Shown here piece after piece: positions 50,106 to 62,050 of a stretch of DNA of 64,000 bases (the first letter of the stretch is position 1; every line of letters starts with the position of its first letter). The stretch lies in NCBI GenBank assembly GCA_028534125.1, contig CM052822.1, forward strand, positions 52,452,001 through 52,516,000. The letters run 5' to 3'. The stretch comes from Lama glama. Taxonomy: Eukaryota. The position numbers were made by a program, and so were the translations under genes. Below the pieces are notes generated by a model. The model had not been told where the DNA came from, ran no database searches, and saw nothing but the letters and a program-made list of their open reading frames with translations.

Positions 50106-51584
50106 CAAGCTCAACAGGAAGAGATGACAGCTAATTTGTATAAATTCTGAAAAGGGATTCTGGAATGGATCCTTTCAGAGTTTAAAGGTGAATTTCATTG
50201 TATATTTTAATATTGAAAACTACTTATTAGACATGGTAGTTTTTTGGTTCACAAAACATTTTCCAGAGGAAAATATCTTTGTTTACATTTTCACAGAAAC
50301 AGGACTTGTAAGGAGAGAACTGTTGAGACAGTTTTCTTCCTTGGTCAGCAAGAACCATCAACCAGAATAACTTGGTTGATCTTCTGATGTTCAGGGCTGT
50401 CTCTGGAGGATTAGAGGAAGGTTAGCCAGTACTGGCTATTTATAAAAACAGCTTTTGTAGTATAAAGTTTTATAATCAATTTAGTAATTAAATGAAAATA
50501 ATGCAAAGTGGGTAAAGCAAACAGACTACTTTAATCAGGCACTGTAAACCGAATGTTCTATATAAATAAATGATGGTATTTTAAGTTGGTAAACTAATTC
50601 CAAAAATCAAATAAGGAATACAGATCATTCAGTTGCTAAGTATAAATAATATCCAGAGTCAGATGTTTCTCAACACGCTTACCCTAATGCAAATTACACA
50701 TAAAGCAGTAAACAAACCACAGTCCCTCTCCTTCACAGTAATGAGTTTTCTAATATGATGTATCCTTTTGAAATCTAAAATTCCTAATAAAGATATATTT
50801 TCCTGATTGATGCCAGAAAAAACATTCCCAAAATGCAAACTGGCTGTCTTTGTTAATGATTTGTAGGGGAAATGCATGAAAATACACCAAGTAGTATATG
50901 CAATTCTTTATTCCTGAGTGCACGTGGCAGGCTCTTTATGCTCGTAACCAATTCAAATTGGATTTCATTTTGCATGAGCCTTGTAAGGGAGCCGCAACTC
51001 CAAGTGGCAACTTGACTAATATGCACCATCAAGTCTTTTATATTCTTTAATGAGACTTACTCTATGATCAGTTTCTTATTTATAAAAAGGCTCAAGTCAG
51101 TTTTAACCTGTAATTACCTCTGCTTTATAACTCAGACACTAAGCCCAGCTTAACAACGAATCAGAGAAATTCCTGGCAAGATATTTTCACTAAAGTTTTT
51201 TTGTAATGGACAATTATCTGCAAAAAGGACTCATTTCTTTTTAACTGAAAAGATACTAACAGTTTAAAACAGATAATCTTATTAATATCTGCTTTACTTA
51301 ACATCTGTTTAACACCTTTATAAAGTCATTCTGAATTTTTAACCTAATGTGAAATAAATACAATAAAAACAACTTTTAAATAGTATTTGATACAAAGGTA
51401 AGCTATCCATGTCAGCATTTTTCTCAGCTGTGTAACACAATAGATTAACCATGTGGATGAGAAAGTATACAGTCCCTTCATAATGGCACGTGAACCTACT
51501 TGTATAGGAGCCACGGTTAAAAAGCAACTCTTAACTGGCAAGATAGTGTATTCTGGGCCTTCACCTTCAAAATTAGGGAGCACT

Positions 51585-51740
51585 TAGTGGATATCATGTC
51601 CCAGGCAGGATGCCAAGTGCTTATAGTACTGATCATTTTACATATGGGGAAACTGAGGCTCAACAAGGTTAAGTGTCTTACAGGAGGTCGTGCTTGTGGG
51701 CAACAGGGCTCTAATTCAGCCAGGTCTTTGTACTCCTTAT
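51585..51740 (-). mobile_element. MIR SINE
   Basis: cattttacatatggggaaactgaggctca...aggttaagtg core. Confidence 0.75.
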
Positions 51741-53349
51741 ATAAGACTGCCTATCAGCAGAAAGTATAACCTCAAAATCTCTGCTGTCAAATATCTATCA
51801 GAAGCCTGGTTGAAGGAAATACTTAGACAACTAAGGCAGTTCCCAAAGCTGTGTTGTGGACCATTTTCATTTGGTTACCTGAGATGCTCTGAATAGTCCT
51901 GGGCCATGGTTCAGTAGATCTGAAATGTGGTTCAGCAGATCTGCAATGGGCCAAAAGAAATACTCACTAAATTGCTAAGTAAGGAAAGTGTGGTGGAAAT
52001 ATTAAAAAAGACCTAGCACTGGTCATATGCCTGGATGAGTCCCTAGTTCTGTCTCAGAATCCTTACCTCTAAGAGAAGATAATACCTGTCTTCCAGGGTT
52101 GGGACAAGTGAGCTCAGACTGCATTTAAAACACCTGGTGTGATTTGTGGACTCTAACAGTACACAGCTATCCTAGGTATTCAAAGGCCGGTGCGGAAAAG
52201 TTACAAACGTGGGTCTTGTCACCTTAGTTTTTCAGAGTCCCACTTGCTATCGTTATCTCTGTAAGAGTGGAATATATAAATCTTCATTCCTCTCTGTAGT
52301 GGGGAACCTGGGACATGAGGACAGTTGGTCTTTGTGAATCAGTGCTGCCTCCTAGTGATCACTGCTTCCTTTTCTATGTGTCTACAAACTTAAAAAAGTA
52401 GATTTTGGAGTTTTGTCAGGGACACCTGTCAAGCCATTAATGCATGGGAGATAATGTGCTTGAAGCTGTGGCTACACCAGGAAACTATATTAACAAGTCT
52501 TTTGTCCTTGTGAAGCTTTTATCTGTCTACGTAGCAAGTCAACCAAATCCCCTTGACACAAAAATTTACTGTCCAAGGTTATGAGTTATTTCACCAAATT
52601 CGTTCAGTACTCTGGGGTAATATGGGGCTTGGATTCATTTAAAGTGACCAGATACTATCTTTTTAAGTGACTGTAATTCATATTAGTAATTTTCCCAACC
52701 TTTTTTTGTTGTTGCTGTTCTAGGATTGAAGACTGTGTAGGTTGCATAACACTAAGGACAAAGGCAAAATAGGGCTTGGCCAGCAGACTTCTCTCATTGG
52801 TTAAGACTGTACCATCTGTTGCCTAAACTATCATCCCTTTGGTGAATAGAGGAACAGAGAACTATTCTTTAAACCATCTTCCAGATCTTTTCTTAGGTTT
52901 AGCATTTTAATAAATTTTAATAAATTTTTTTAAACATCTAATTTTTGTATTATAATTTTTGTTTTACCCTTTTACTTCCATCTTTTGTGTACATGTTTCT
53001 TTTTTAAACCCCCTTTTATTTTATAAGTGTATTACTTGTCAAGAGTGACGCAGGTCAAGTATTGGTAAAACTAGGAGCAGAGTCTCTCCTGTTATCTCTA
53101 CTCTGGTGTTGTTTCAGCTATGAAATGGCTTCTACTCGTTTCCCATTAGGGTAATTTTCAATTCTACTGTAAACATTTTGTTTTCAGTTTGCTTTTCCCC
53201 ATATACTGGCTTTACAAATACCACATAATGAAAATAGTACCAAATTGTTACTGCAAGTGAAATATATTAAAAGGGAAAGAATCCAGGAGCAAGGGTCAGG
53301 GGTGAAAGACATTTCAGGGGATACAACACATTCTGTCATGTATGAAAAA

Positions 53350-53369
53350 TGTGTGTGTGTGTGTGTGTG
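53350..53369. repeat. (TG)n microsatellite
   Basis: About 10 TG units. Confidence 0.9.
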
Positions 53370-53759
53370 TTGGGGTTGCAGACAGGCAGAAAAATAAGAT
53401 GTTCCTATTTGATGTCTGAAAATATGCACAAAAATATCTTATGTTTCATGTAATTTGCCTCATATGAGGAAAATTATAGATTATAATAAGTTGTCTCTAC
53501 AAAGAGGAAAACTCTAAAACATAAAAGTTGCCAGAGAGTGCTACAATATGGTTAATATAACATTTTAAAATAAATGATCTGTAAGAGGTCGTAATGATAG
53601 CTAAATTTTTATTTATCTTAAAAGGTAAAATTGTATTTAAAAAAAGTGTTTAGATCTCTCAACCTGACTTGGATAAACTTTATTTAATTATGCAGAAAAG
53701 GGTCAAAGACACTTCAGACACATAGGAAGTATCATTTTTAGGAATTTTTATATTAGAGT

Positions 53760-53955
53760 CAGGTGAGGCCAGTGTAGCATGGCAGTGAGGGAAGTCAGAC
53801 TTAGCTTGCAATTTAAACAAATGAATCTTCCCATGTTTGGTTGCTCCAATGAAAATGAGACAACCCTCCTCGGGTTGCTGTGAAGGTTAAGATAACAAGC
53901 ACTTAGAACACTGCTTGGAACATAGTAATCTGTCAATGTTAATAGTAGCTAACAT
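53760..53955 (+). mobile_element. MIR SINE
   Basis: gggttgctgtgaaggttaagataa...gcacttagaacactgcttggaacatagtaa. Confidence 0.7.
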
Positions 53956-55149
53956 CTATCCTAACATTGAATGATGGATTCAGGTTATCTATTGTGACCT
54001 AGGGAAAGTACTCAAAAATAATTAAGAGTATTCCTTGATAAGTTTCTTTGATACAAAAAAGAAAAACTAGCAAAATTCTGTTCAGACCTATAAGTTTATT
54101 GGAAATCAAAGTATCTTTTCTTTTTGCAAAAGGTGATGTGACATTTTAATCACCACATTTTTTTTTAATGCCAGAGGCAGAGAAAGCACAGAGAAAAGCA
54201 ATTAAAGTCACAGCGATTAGAAGTCAAAAAGATTAAAACTCTTCTGTGTGAAAAGGTAAATCGGAAATGGGACTATGCTAGCAGTCGGAAATGAAAAATG
54301 AATAAGAATTTGAATATTTAATTTTGTATATTAAAACTAAGTATCCTATGAAGATTGGAAGAATAGTTTAGGGCAAATGAAATTCTACATTAAAGAATGA
54401 ATAACCTAAGCAATTTAATCAATCATATTTCATTTCCTGAGTATTTACTGCATGAGGACATTGACAGACAACATGCCCAGTAAAGTGATATTTGAAGGCA
54501 ATATACAAATGTGCCCAATGCGTGTCAGAGATTGCAAACGCTTCCATGTGTAGAGATGTGGGGGGGCACGGGGGAGAGTTCAAAGAAATGGACAGGTTTG
54601 TGCTGGGCCCTTAAGGATAGTAAGGATTTGCATAAATGGCTAGGAAATCTTTCTAAATTGGTAGACACAAAGGCAGGAATGAGCAAGTGTAATAATTCCT
54701 TGAATCACAGGAATAGACTGATCTATCTGTGCACCAAAGACTCATATCCTGCACACTCCAAACAAAGGACTGGGCCCTGACCAGCTCTGGGGAGATAACC
54801 TTTGAATGAACCTCCTCTGGGAGACTTAGTTCCTTTAGATTCAGAGAAAGGATCCTGCTGAACCTTGAAAATTATTGCAGCCTCTCCTAAAACGGAGGTG
54901 GAAACCCAAGTCACAATAGAGATTTTCATCATTATGTCAAACTCACGATCTGAGTATCTGACCTTAACAGTGAGAATCTAAGGTAAGTAAGTAGTCCCCC
55001 ACTGCTCTAGGATAGATGACTAGGAAATTTCATAGCCTGACACAGGTGGCTACACAGTACATAGGTCTTGGGAGACCATCTGGGAGCAAAGAGGATGAGC
55101 AGGTATCAGGAACTCAACAGATTATCTGAAAACTATTCTAAGCTAGCTC

Positions 55150-56120
55150 TGTTTCCTCTGTGTTATCTGGGGGACATGTGTTACACGGCTTGGGGTAATT
55201 TGTCCATGTCATTATCAGGCTAAAGGTTTAGACTTTGACTTGCAGGCAGTGTAGATCTGTTGGAGAGTTTTTATCAAAGTTTGTACAAAGTTATTGCTGG
55301 TAGCAGTATGGAGGGTGAGTGAGAGTGGGTGGTGAAGATTGAGGCTTAGTGATCATTTAGAACCTACTGTAATAATTTAAGGAAGAAGTAAGAGCCCACA
55401 TTATGGCAATAGAAATGGGTGACAAGGGTACAAACAGAGATGGGGGCAGCTCATTAGATGTAGAAGGTAATAACCCTTCAGTATGTCTGTATATGTCTTA
55501 CACAAACATAGAGCTCCTGGTAACTGAAGGGTGGTCCGTAAGACAGGGGTGTCATCTCCCCAAAGAAGAGGAGACAGAAGCCTGATGGAAATGAGTTCAA
55601 GAGAGAATATGAAGAGAAACACTGGAGACAATCTTCCCACACAACTCTGTCAAGGAATTTTATGCTAAGAGAAAGGGAGAAATGGGCAGTAGCTCCAGAT
55701 TTTGTCTTTTATTTGTCTGTTTGGTTTTTTTCTAGCATTGGAATATTACAGCATATATTGAGGAAAAGAGAAAAAAAGATCCTGTTGGAGTCAGAGAGGG
55801 GAAAATTGATGGCGCAACATCCTTAATAAATAAAGAAGTGATCATGTTTCCCAAGTGGAGAGACTGCCCTCCTTAGGAGCAGGGATATTTCATCCACAGT
55901 AACAGGAAAGAAGGAACAATGGTGGGCCAGGTGCAGGCACGTGGGTCAGTGTGGTCTTCCAGGCTTGTGCAAATTCCCTTCTGGTTGCCTTTCTTTTCAG
56001 TGAAATGTGAACAAGCTCATCAGAGGAAGAGACAGATAGATAGAGAAGGTATGACCTAGTGGTCCACGGGGTGGGAGTGTAAATGGACCTATGGACTGTC
56101 ATTAGCACCAAGCATTTTAA
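55150..56120 (-). mobile_element. L2 LINE remnant
   Basis: Antisense L2 motifs (ttttcagtgaaatgtgaacaagctcatcag, caactctgtcaaggaatttt). Confidence 0.55.
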
Positions 56121-56140
56121 GCTCAGTAGAGGAAATTTTT

Positions 56141-56179
56141 TAAACATTTTTTTTATTGAGTTATAGTCATTTTACAATG
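56141..56179 (-). mobile_element. 39-bp ultra-truncated L1 3' terminus with 16-bp TSD
   Basis: Reverse complement cattgtaaaatgactataactcaataaaaaaaatgttta. TSD agtagag(g/c)aaattttt at 56125-56140 and 56180-56195. Confidence 0.8.
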
Positions 56180-57079
56180 AGTAGAGCAAATTTTTAATGA
56201 AATGACTGTCCATCAGGCATTTCCAATGACTAGACTAGCATTTAGTAAACACTACTGTAAAAGAAACTTTGAAAGATCACCTAGTACAATTGCCATTATT
56301 CAGAAATGCTTTACTTTAAAAGGAAAGAGGGACACCTTTAATTAGCACATAGTACTTTTACTTCCTTTTTACTTCTCTCAACCTACACAAGCCAGATGTA
56401 GACAGGAATTGTTTAATAGCTGGAAGGGCCCTGAGAGATGGGAGTAAATGTCCCAGTAAAATTCAATTCACTTTTGATGGATGGATGAATGGAAGAATTA
56501 ATAGACAAATGCACTTGGAGAACTCACAATTTTAAAAGGAAACTTATAAAGTAGTAATTTTGGTGTTGGAGAATCATCTTTTTGCTGTTATTAATTTTCA
56601 ATGTTCTCAATTAAGACCTAATTCTAGTCTTTGTAAAATTCATAAGATGGGGTAAAAATATGTTCCTTAATTTGGAAAAGGAACGGTCTATTTTCAAGTA
56701 ATTCGAAGAAACTATTCTAACAAGAGAGATATGATTTTTAAGTTTGTGATATTTCTATTCCTGTATTTTCCAAGAATAGTTTCCTTATACCATTATGAGA
56801 ATTTCTATACAAATATTAATGTTAGTTATAGAAATTGAAAAACTGATGAAAAAAGATGGAAAATATTAACCACAAACAAATATAAAAACCACTTGTAACT
56901 AAATACACAATCTTCCCTGGCACATTATTTTAGAGGCTTTTTTCTTCATAAATCTTGCTTGTATACTTTACTAGTTGATGTTATTATTCTTTCTAAATTT
57001 CCTTTTTTTGTTGTTTTCTTTATTTCTGAGAGTATATATAAAGAGTATTGAAGACAAGTCTTGATTTGTAGTTCTTGCC

Positions 57080-58850
57080 AATTTCATAAGTGATTAGATG
57101 TAGCCTTTGAAAAAGAGGGAAGCCAAAGCTAACACTCTTTTACCTGAGCAACATAAAGAATGGAGTTACCTGTTCTTAAGTAAGAAAGATAATAACAGAG
57201 TGGAGTGTCAGGAGATGAATTGAGACATGTTAAGTATGAGATGCTTACAGAGTCTATGGACAACAGGATGTACAGTCTGCAGTTCAGAAGAGGGAACCAG
57301 ACTGGAACTCCCAAATTTGGAGCTGACAGTATACAGACGGTATTTAAAACCATGGGACTGAATGAGGTCACCCAGAAGGGAACAGGGATAGGGGAAGAAA
57401 TTAAATGGATTCTGGATATATTTTGTAGGTAGAATTGACAGAATTTGCTGGCAGTTTAAATGTAACTGTAAAAGATAAGATTCAAGGATGACTCCAAGAA
57501 TTTGAGGGAAAAAAATTAAGCTACTGATGGATTTATCCTCAGGCTCTCCATTACTGGAGATAAAAAGGAGTCAGCAACCTAGGCTGAGAAGTAATGATCA
57601 GAAAGGAAGTGTGATGTCTTCGAAGCCAAGTGAAGAAAGTGTTTCAAGGAGCAAGCGATGGATTAACAAGGATTAAAATGAAAACTGAGAACTGACAATT
57701 GGATTTCACATGATGGAGCTCATAGTCAATCATACTTAAAACAGTGTGGATTGAGAGAAATGGGAGATAGGGTAATGATGGGAATTGCTTTAAAAGTGAG
57801 AACAGAGGAAGAAAGATTGTAGGCAGAGGCCACAAGATTATAGACAATTCTAAGGATTTTTGCTGTAAAGGAGAGAAATGAGGCAATAGTTGCAGGAAGA
57901 GTTTGTTGGGGTTTTTTTTGTTTTTTGTTTTTTGTTTTTTTGTTTTTGTTTTTAGGATAGACAAATAATAGCATGTACTTACATTAATAAGAATATCATC
58001 AGAGAGGGAAACTAAAGACATGAGAAAGCAGGAGAGGGTAGTTGCTGAAGCAATACAGAGGACGGGGTTCTAGTACATAATAGAAGTCCCGGCTTTGATA
58101 GAAACAGGGACATATCATCAATATGAACAGGAGAGACAAAAAAATACTCTTTTATCAAGGGGTAGGTACATAGGTAGATGTTCTGGTAGCCTACAGAATT
58201 TCTCTTCTGATTCATCCTCTTTTCTCCATGGGTCAGGAAGCCAGCTCATCAGCCAAGAATGAGTTTGAAGAGGGAGAATATATGAAATGTTCAAGGAATG
58301 TGTGAGTGTGAATGGATCAGGGAAATATCTAAGGATTGCCGGGAAGCATACTAATCCATTTCAGGAGGGTTTTTATGAACTAAAAGTGAGAAAAGACAGC
58401 ATAGATTTGTATTTTCCTTTAGTCACATCCAGTGGCCCAGGGCAAACAAGTTTAGATGGGAGTTTTAGATTTAACTAGGTCAGTGGTTTAGGTAGATGAG
58501 TAAAAAGAAATGGGGGTGGGGCAAAGATATTGAAGGTATATATAGGGGAGTGATGATAATGATTAACCATGGACTTTGATCTAGTTAAGTAGGGAAGTGA
58601 GGACAGAGAACAGGGTGGTCAAGGTCAGAGAAAGGTTGCAGAATTAATGGACTGTGGGTGCAACGAGTTGGAAGGATTTTTTGAGTTTTGTGGTGAGAGA
58701 AAGTGAGCTTAAATTATGAAAGATGGTATTCAAAAGTATGTTTGAAATTGAGATTATGAAGGGATCTCAGTTATTGTTAAAGATGAATTGTACCACGAGA
58801 ACCTTGTTGGTGACAGGCTAGGGGTAAGCTGGAGGCAAGATCCCTAGAGG
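57080..58850 (-). mobile_element. L2 LINE remnant(s) directly upstream of the ANKRD7 promoter, with a T-rich simple repeat at ~57911-57953
   Basis: ggtatttaaaaccatgggactgaatgaggtcacc, gaagccaagtgaagaaagtgtttcaagga. Confidence 0.8.
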
Positions 58851-58989
58851 AGTTTCATCTCCACCACGAGGAAGGTAAATCTCAGTCTGCAAGAGTTTAC
58901 GCCATTAGGTCTGTCCTTGAAGGCGAAAGGGTTATTTGTAAGAAAGTTGGTAGCTTTCTACCCAAAGCATTCCATCTAATAGGAAGACT

Positions 58990-59257
58990 GAGAGTGTAAC
59001 AGTTAATCCAAGATCTTGACTGGTAGACCCTGCAGCTGGGTCCTAACCACGGCTGCGCGAGGCCCCGGGTGTTGCCAGGTAACCGAGGCAAGCGGTCCAG
59101 CCGGGTTCCGACCTTTGGTCAGCTTCCACTACACCGGGGTGAAGACCTGGCCACAGGAGCCTGCGAGCCAGGGGGCCCGGGCCCGCGGGTCAGGTAGGGC
59201 AGTTAGGAGGCCCAGGAACATTCTTGGTCCAACTGAAGGACTGTCTCCTGTGCCGCC
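58990..59257 (+). promoter_or_regulatory. ANKRD7: ANKRD7 promoter/5'UTR, small CpG-rich patch with RFX X-box and MYB sites
   Basis: GTTGCCAGGTAAC at 59071-59083, TAACAGTTA at 58997-59005, GGCAGTTA at 59198-59205, plus local CpG enrichment. Confidence 0.7.
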
Positions 59258-59487
59258 ATGAAGAAGATTTTCACCTTATGGCGGAGGAAGGTTGAGCCCC
59301 ACAGTTCCTGTTCATACCTGTCTGAAGGCCAGGCCAGTATTGGGCCCCCTGCCCAGCCAGGCTACAACTTTCGAAATAAGGATTTAAAGAAACTTCACAA
59401 AGCTGCCTCAGTTGGGGATTTGGAGAAGCTGAAGCAGTACCTTCAGCTCAAGAAACATGACGTGAACATGCTGGACCGAGAACATAG
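59258..59487 (+). CDS. ANKRD7: ANKRD7 first coding exon (ankyrin repeat domain protein 7, testis); gene continues beyond the window
   Basis: Kozak GCCGCCATG. Encodes MKKIFTLWRRK...GYNFRNKDLKKLHKAASVGDLEKLKQYLQLKKHDVNMLDREH+AG, similar to the ANKRD7 N-terminus. Donor AG/GTGACC at 59488. Conserved LSM8-ANKRD7 adjacency. No next ankyrin exon (TPLHLAC-like) recognised before 64000. Confidence 0.9.
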
Positions 59488-59680
59488 GTGACCAGAGTGA
59501 GGAAGGGCGGCATGGAGGGGAAGCTGGGGCCACTGCGTTCTCTAACCATAAACGGGACTTGTGTGGGGGACTCCACTGCTTGTCACTGCGTGTTGCCCTT
59601 CGGGGAGAGGTCTGATAACCACTGGCAGAGGGTCACTCCACCGACTGACTTTCAGCTTATTTGTTTTAAAAATAAACTTC

Positions 59681-59925
59681 AGAGTTTGAGATTTACAAAT
59701 GTTACTCACTATATATAAAAATAGATTTTAAAACGTTTCTTCTGTATAGCATAGGGAAATATTTTCAATATCTTGTAATAACCTTTAATGAAAAAGAATA
59801 TGAAAACAAATATATGTATGTATATGCGTGACTGGGACATCGTGCTGGACACCAGAAATCGACACATTGTAACTGACTACTTCAATAAAAATAACTAACT
59901 AAATTAATTAATTAATAATAAAAAT
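59681..59925 (+). mobile_element. L1 3' end (camelid-type), sense orientation, in ANKRD7 intron 1
   Basis: gagtttgagattt...ctgtatagcataggg...tcaatatcttgtaataacc...gactgggacat...gacacattgtaactgactac plus AATAAA and an A-rich tail. Confidence 0.85.
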
Positions 59926-60479
59926 GCTTACCTGGATATTGGAGGGCATTTGTGTCCTCCCTGATTCCCTCCGCCCCTCCCACTGCCTTAATCTCCACCT
60001 CGAGCTCCACCCTTGCCCCATCCTGTGGTACATACTGTCCCCAGCCACCTAAGATTTCCCATATTACTAACGTACTAATAGGAAAAGAGTAGAGGTGACT
60101 TACCAGATACAGTGGTTACTAAGACTTTAAGACTTTGAAACAGCAAAACAATTAACTTTTTAATGTGATCTCATATGAAAATTTTTTTCCAGTTTCAGAG
60201 GCTCCTCAGAAAGCTTAACCACCACTCCCTGCAAAAAAAAAATTATGTATAAATATTTAAAAATGTAGATGCTATGTATTTGGCACCAATAACAGAAAAT
60301 ATGTACTGCATGTACCTACCTAAAATCTTCTGGGGAGTTTTCAAGTCCCAGGGCATGAAAGGCATCACCTTTCATCATTATCAGGCAACTGGACACAATG
60401 GTTAGAGGTTTGGCGCCAGCTTGCTGATTGTTTTACCTCCTTCTCTTTTAACAAAAGCAGTCTATTTTACCTGACTCTT

Positions 60480-62050
60480 ACCCTGCACCACTCCTTTGAA
60501 TTACTTTACAGGGTCAAGAATAACCTCAACACGACTTTATTCGGTGGTCAGTTCTCAGTCTTACCTGGCTGGCATTTCAGCCACGTCTCTCACGTGCCCT
60601 ATCACTAGTTTTTGAAATATTGTCTTTCAGGACATTTGGTTCACCTGGCATTTCTCCCACTTCTGTGGACACTTCTTTTCAGACTCCCTTCCTGGTTTCT
60701 CCTCATCTTCCTGACTGGTGAACATTGGAGGGCTCAGACCTTGAAGGATTTGCTCTCTCGCTCTCTCTCCCCCTCTCTTTATCTTCATTTGCCTAGTGAG
60801 GAGAGATTGGCTTTAAGTATTCATATTCTGATGTCTTCCAACTTTTTATCTCCAGTAGACCTCTCCCTTGCACTCTAGACTCATATATATAAATGCCTAC
60901 ACTATCACTTGTGTATCTAGTAGGCTGAGGTGTGCTGGTACATGTTTAATATAAACAGGCTCTTGAGTAGGGGTGGGGTGGGGGTGGGGCAAAGGGCGGA
61001 GAAGACCTGATTTCAGGCTGCCAATGTTATGTCAACTGGCTCGAATAATTACTGAAAATTTAACGATTGGCTTCTGAGAGCCACTGGCTCCATCCCTTCA
61101 GTGCCCAGACATCTCAGACATCCCCAAACCGCACTCCTGTTATTACTCCTCAGACATTTCTCTTTCTGTAAATGCTGAAGCCTTTCTTTCCTTCATTTAG
61201 GCTGGAACTCTTAGAGTCATTCTTGACTTCTCTCATTCTTTCCCACCCTCCATCTGATTCAACAGCAAATCTTTTTGGTTCCACCTTCAAAATATATCTA
61301 AAACCCCACCATTCCTTTCCACCTTCACAGGTACCATGCGAATCAAAGGCACCATTGTATCTTAACCAGAATTACTGCCATCGCCTCCCAGCTAGTTTTC
61401 TTTTAACTTTTTCAGTTTATACTCAACACATTGGCCAGAATGATCCTCTAAAATGTTTGTCAAATGATGTCATCCCTTACCTATACAACTTCCACTGGCT
61501 TTCCATCTTATTAGGGGTAAAGCCAACGTCCTTCCAAAGTCTCATACAGCCCTACATGACCATCACCCCACCTTGTTATCTCTCTGCTCTTACCTCCTAC
61601 ATTTCTCCCTTCCAGTCATCTCCAGCTACCTTGGCCTTTTTAGTGTTGCACAGAAATGCCAGACATGCCATTATTAGGGACTTTGGACTTGGTAGTTCCT
61701 TTCCTTGGAGTGCTTCCCCCGGAGATGTCCACATGACGTGCTCTCTCACTTCCTTCAGCAGTTTGTCACCTTCTCAGTGAATGCTTCCCTGGCTACTCCA
61801 CCTACAGTTGTACCCCCTTCACGCTGACGTATTCCATCTCTCTTCCCTGCCTGATTTTTCTCTTTAGTACTTAATACTGTCTGTTGTATCTTGTATTTTA
61901 AGTTTTTTGTTGTTGTTGTTGATGTCTTCCTCTAGCCATGTATGATCCAAAAGCACAGGTATTTTTGTCTGTTTTGCTTGCTGCTATATCTTCATCACCT
62001 AGAATCTTGCCTAGCCATAGCAAGTGCTTAATAAATATTTTTTGATGAAT
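60480..62050 (+). mobile_element. L2 LINE remnant with intact 3' end, interrupted by a MER63-like element (~60925-61090)
   Basis: ccaccttcaaaatatatc, cttccactggctttcc, terminal gtgcttaataaatattttttgatgaat. Confidence 0.85.

Noticed and set aside
51907-51948. 21-bp tandem repeat (19/21). Similar short duplications at 62632-62673 and 63742-63775
   Set aside because: Two-copy local duplications in decayed repeat or AT-rich DNA, with no spacer array or functional context. Not CRISPR-like.
61172-61780. Longest ORF in the track (202 aa)
   Set aside because: Lies wholly in a sense L2 remnant. Only NDVIPYLYNFHWLS echoes the L2 ORF2 C-terminal HVTPLL..LxWLP motif. Pyrimidine-rich L2 DNA keeps frames open, and it is not an ANKRD7 exon.
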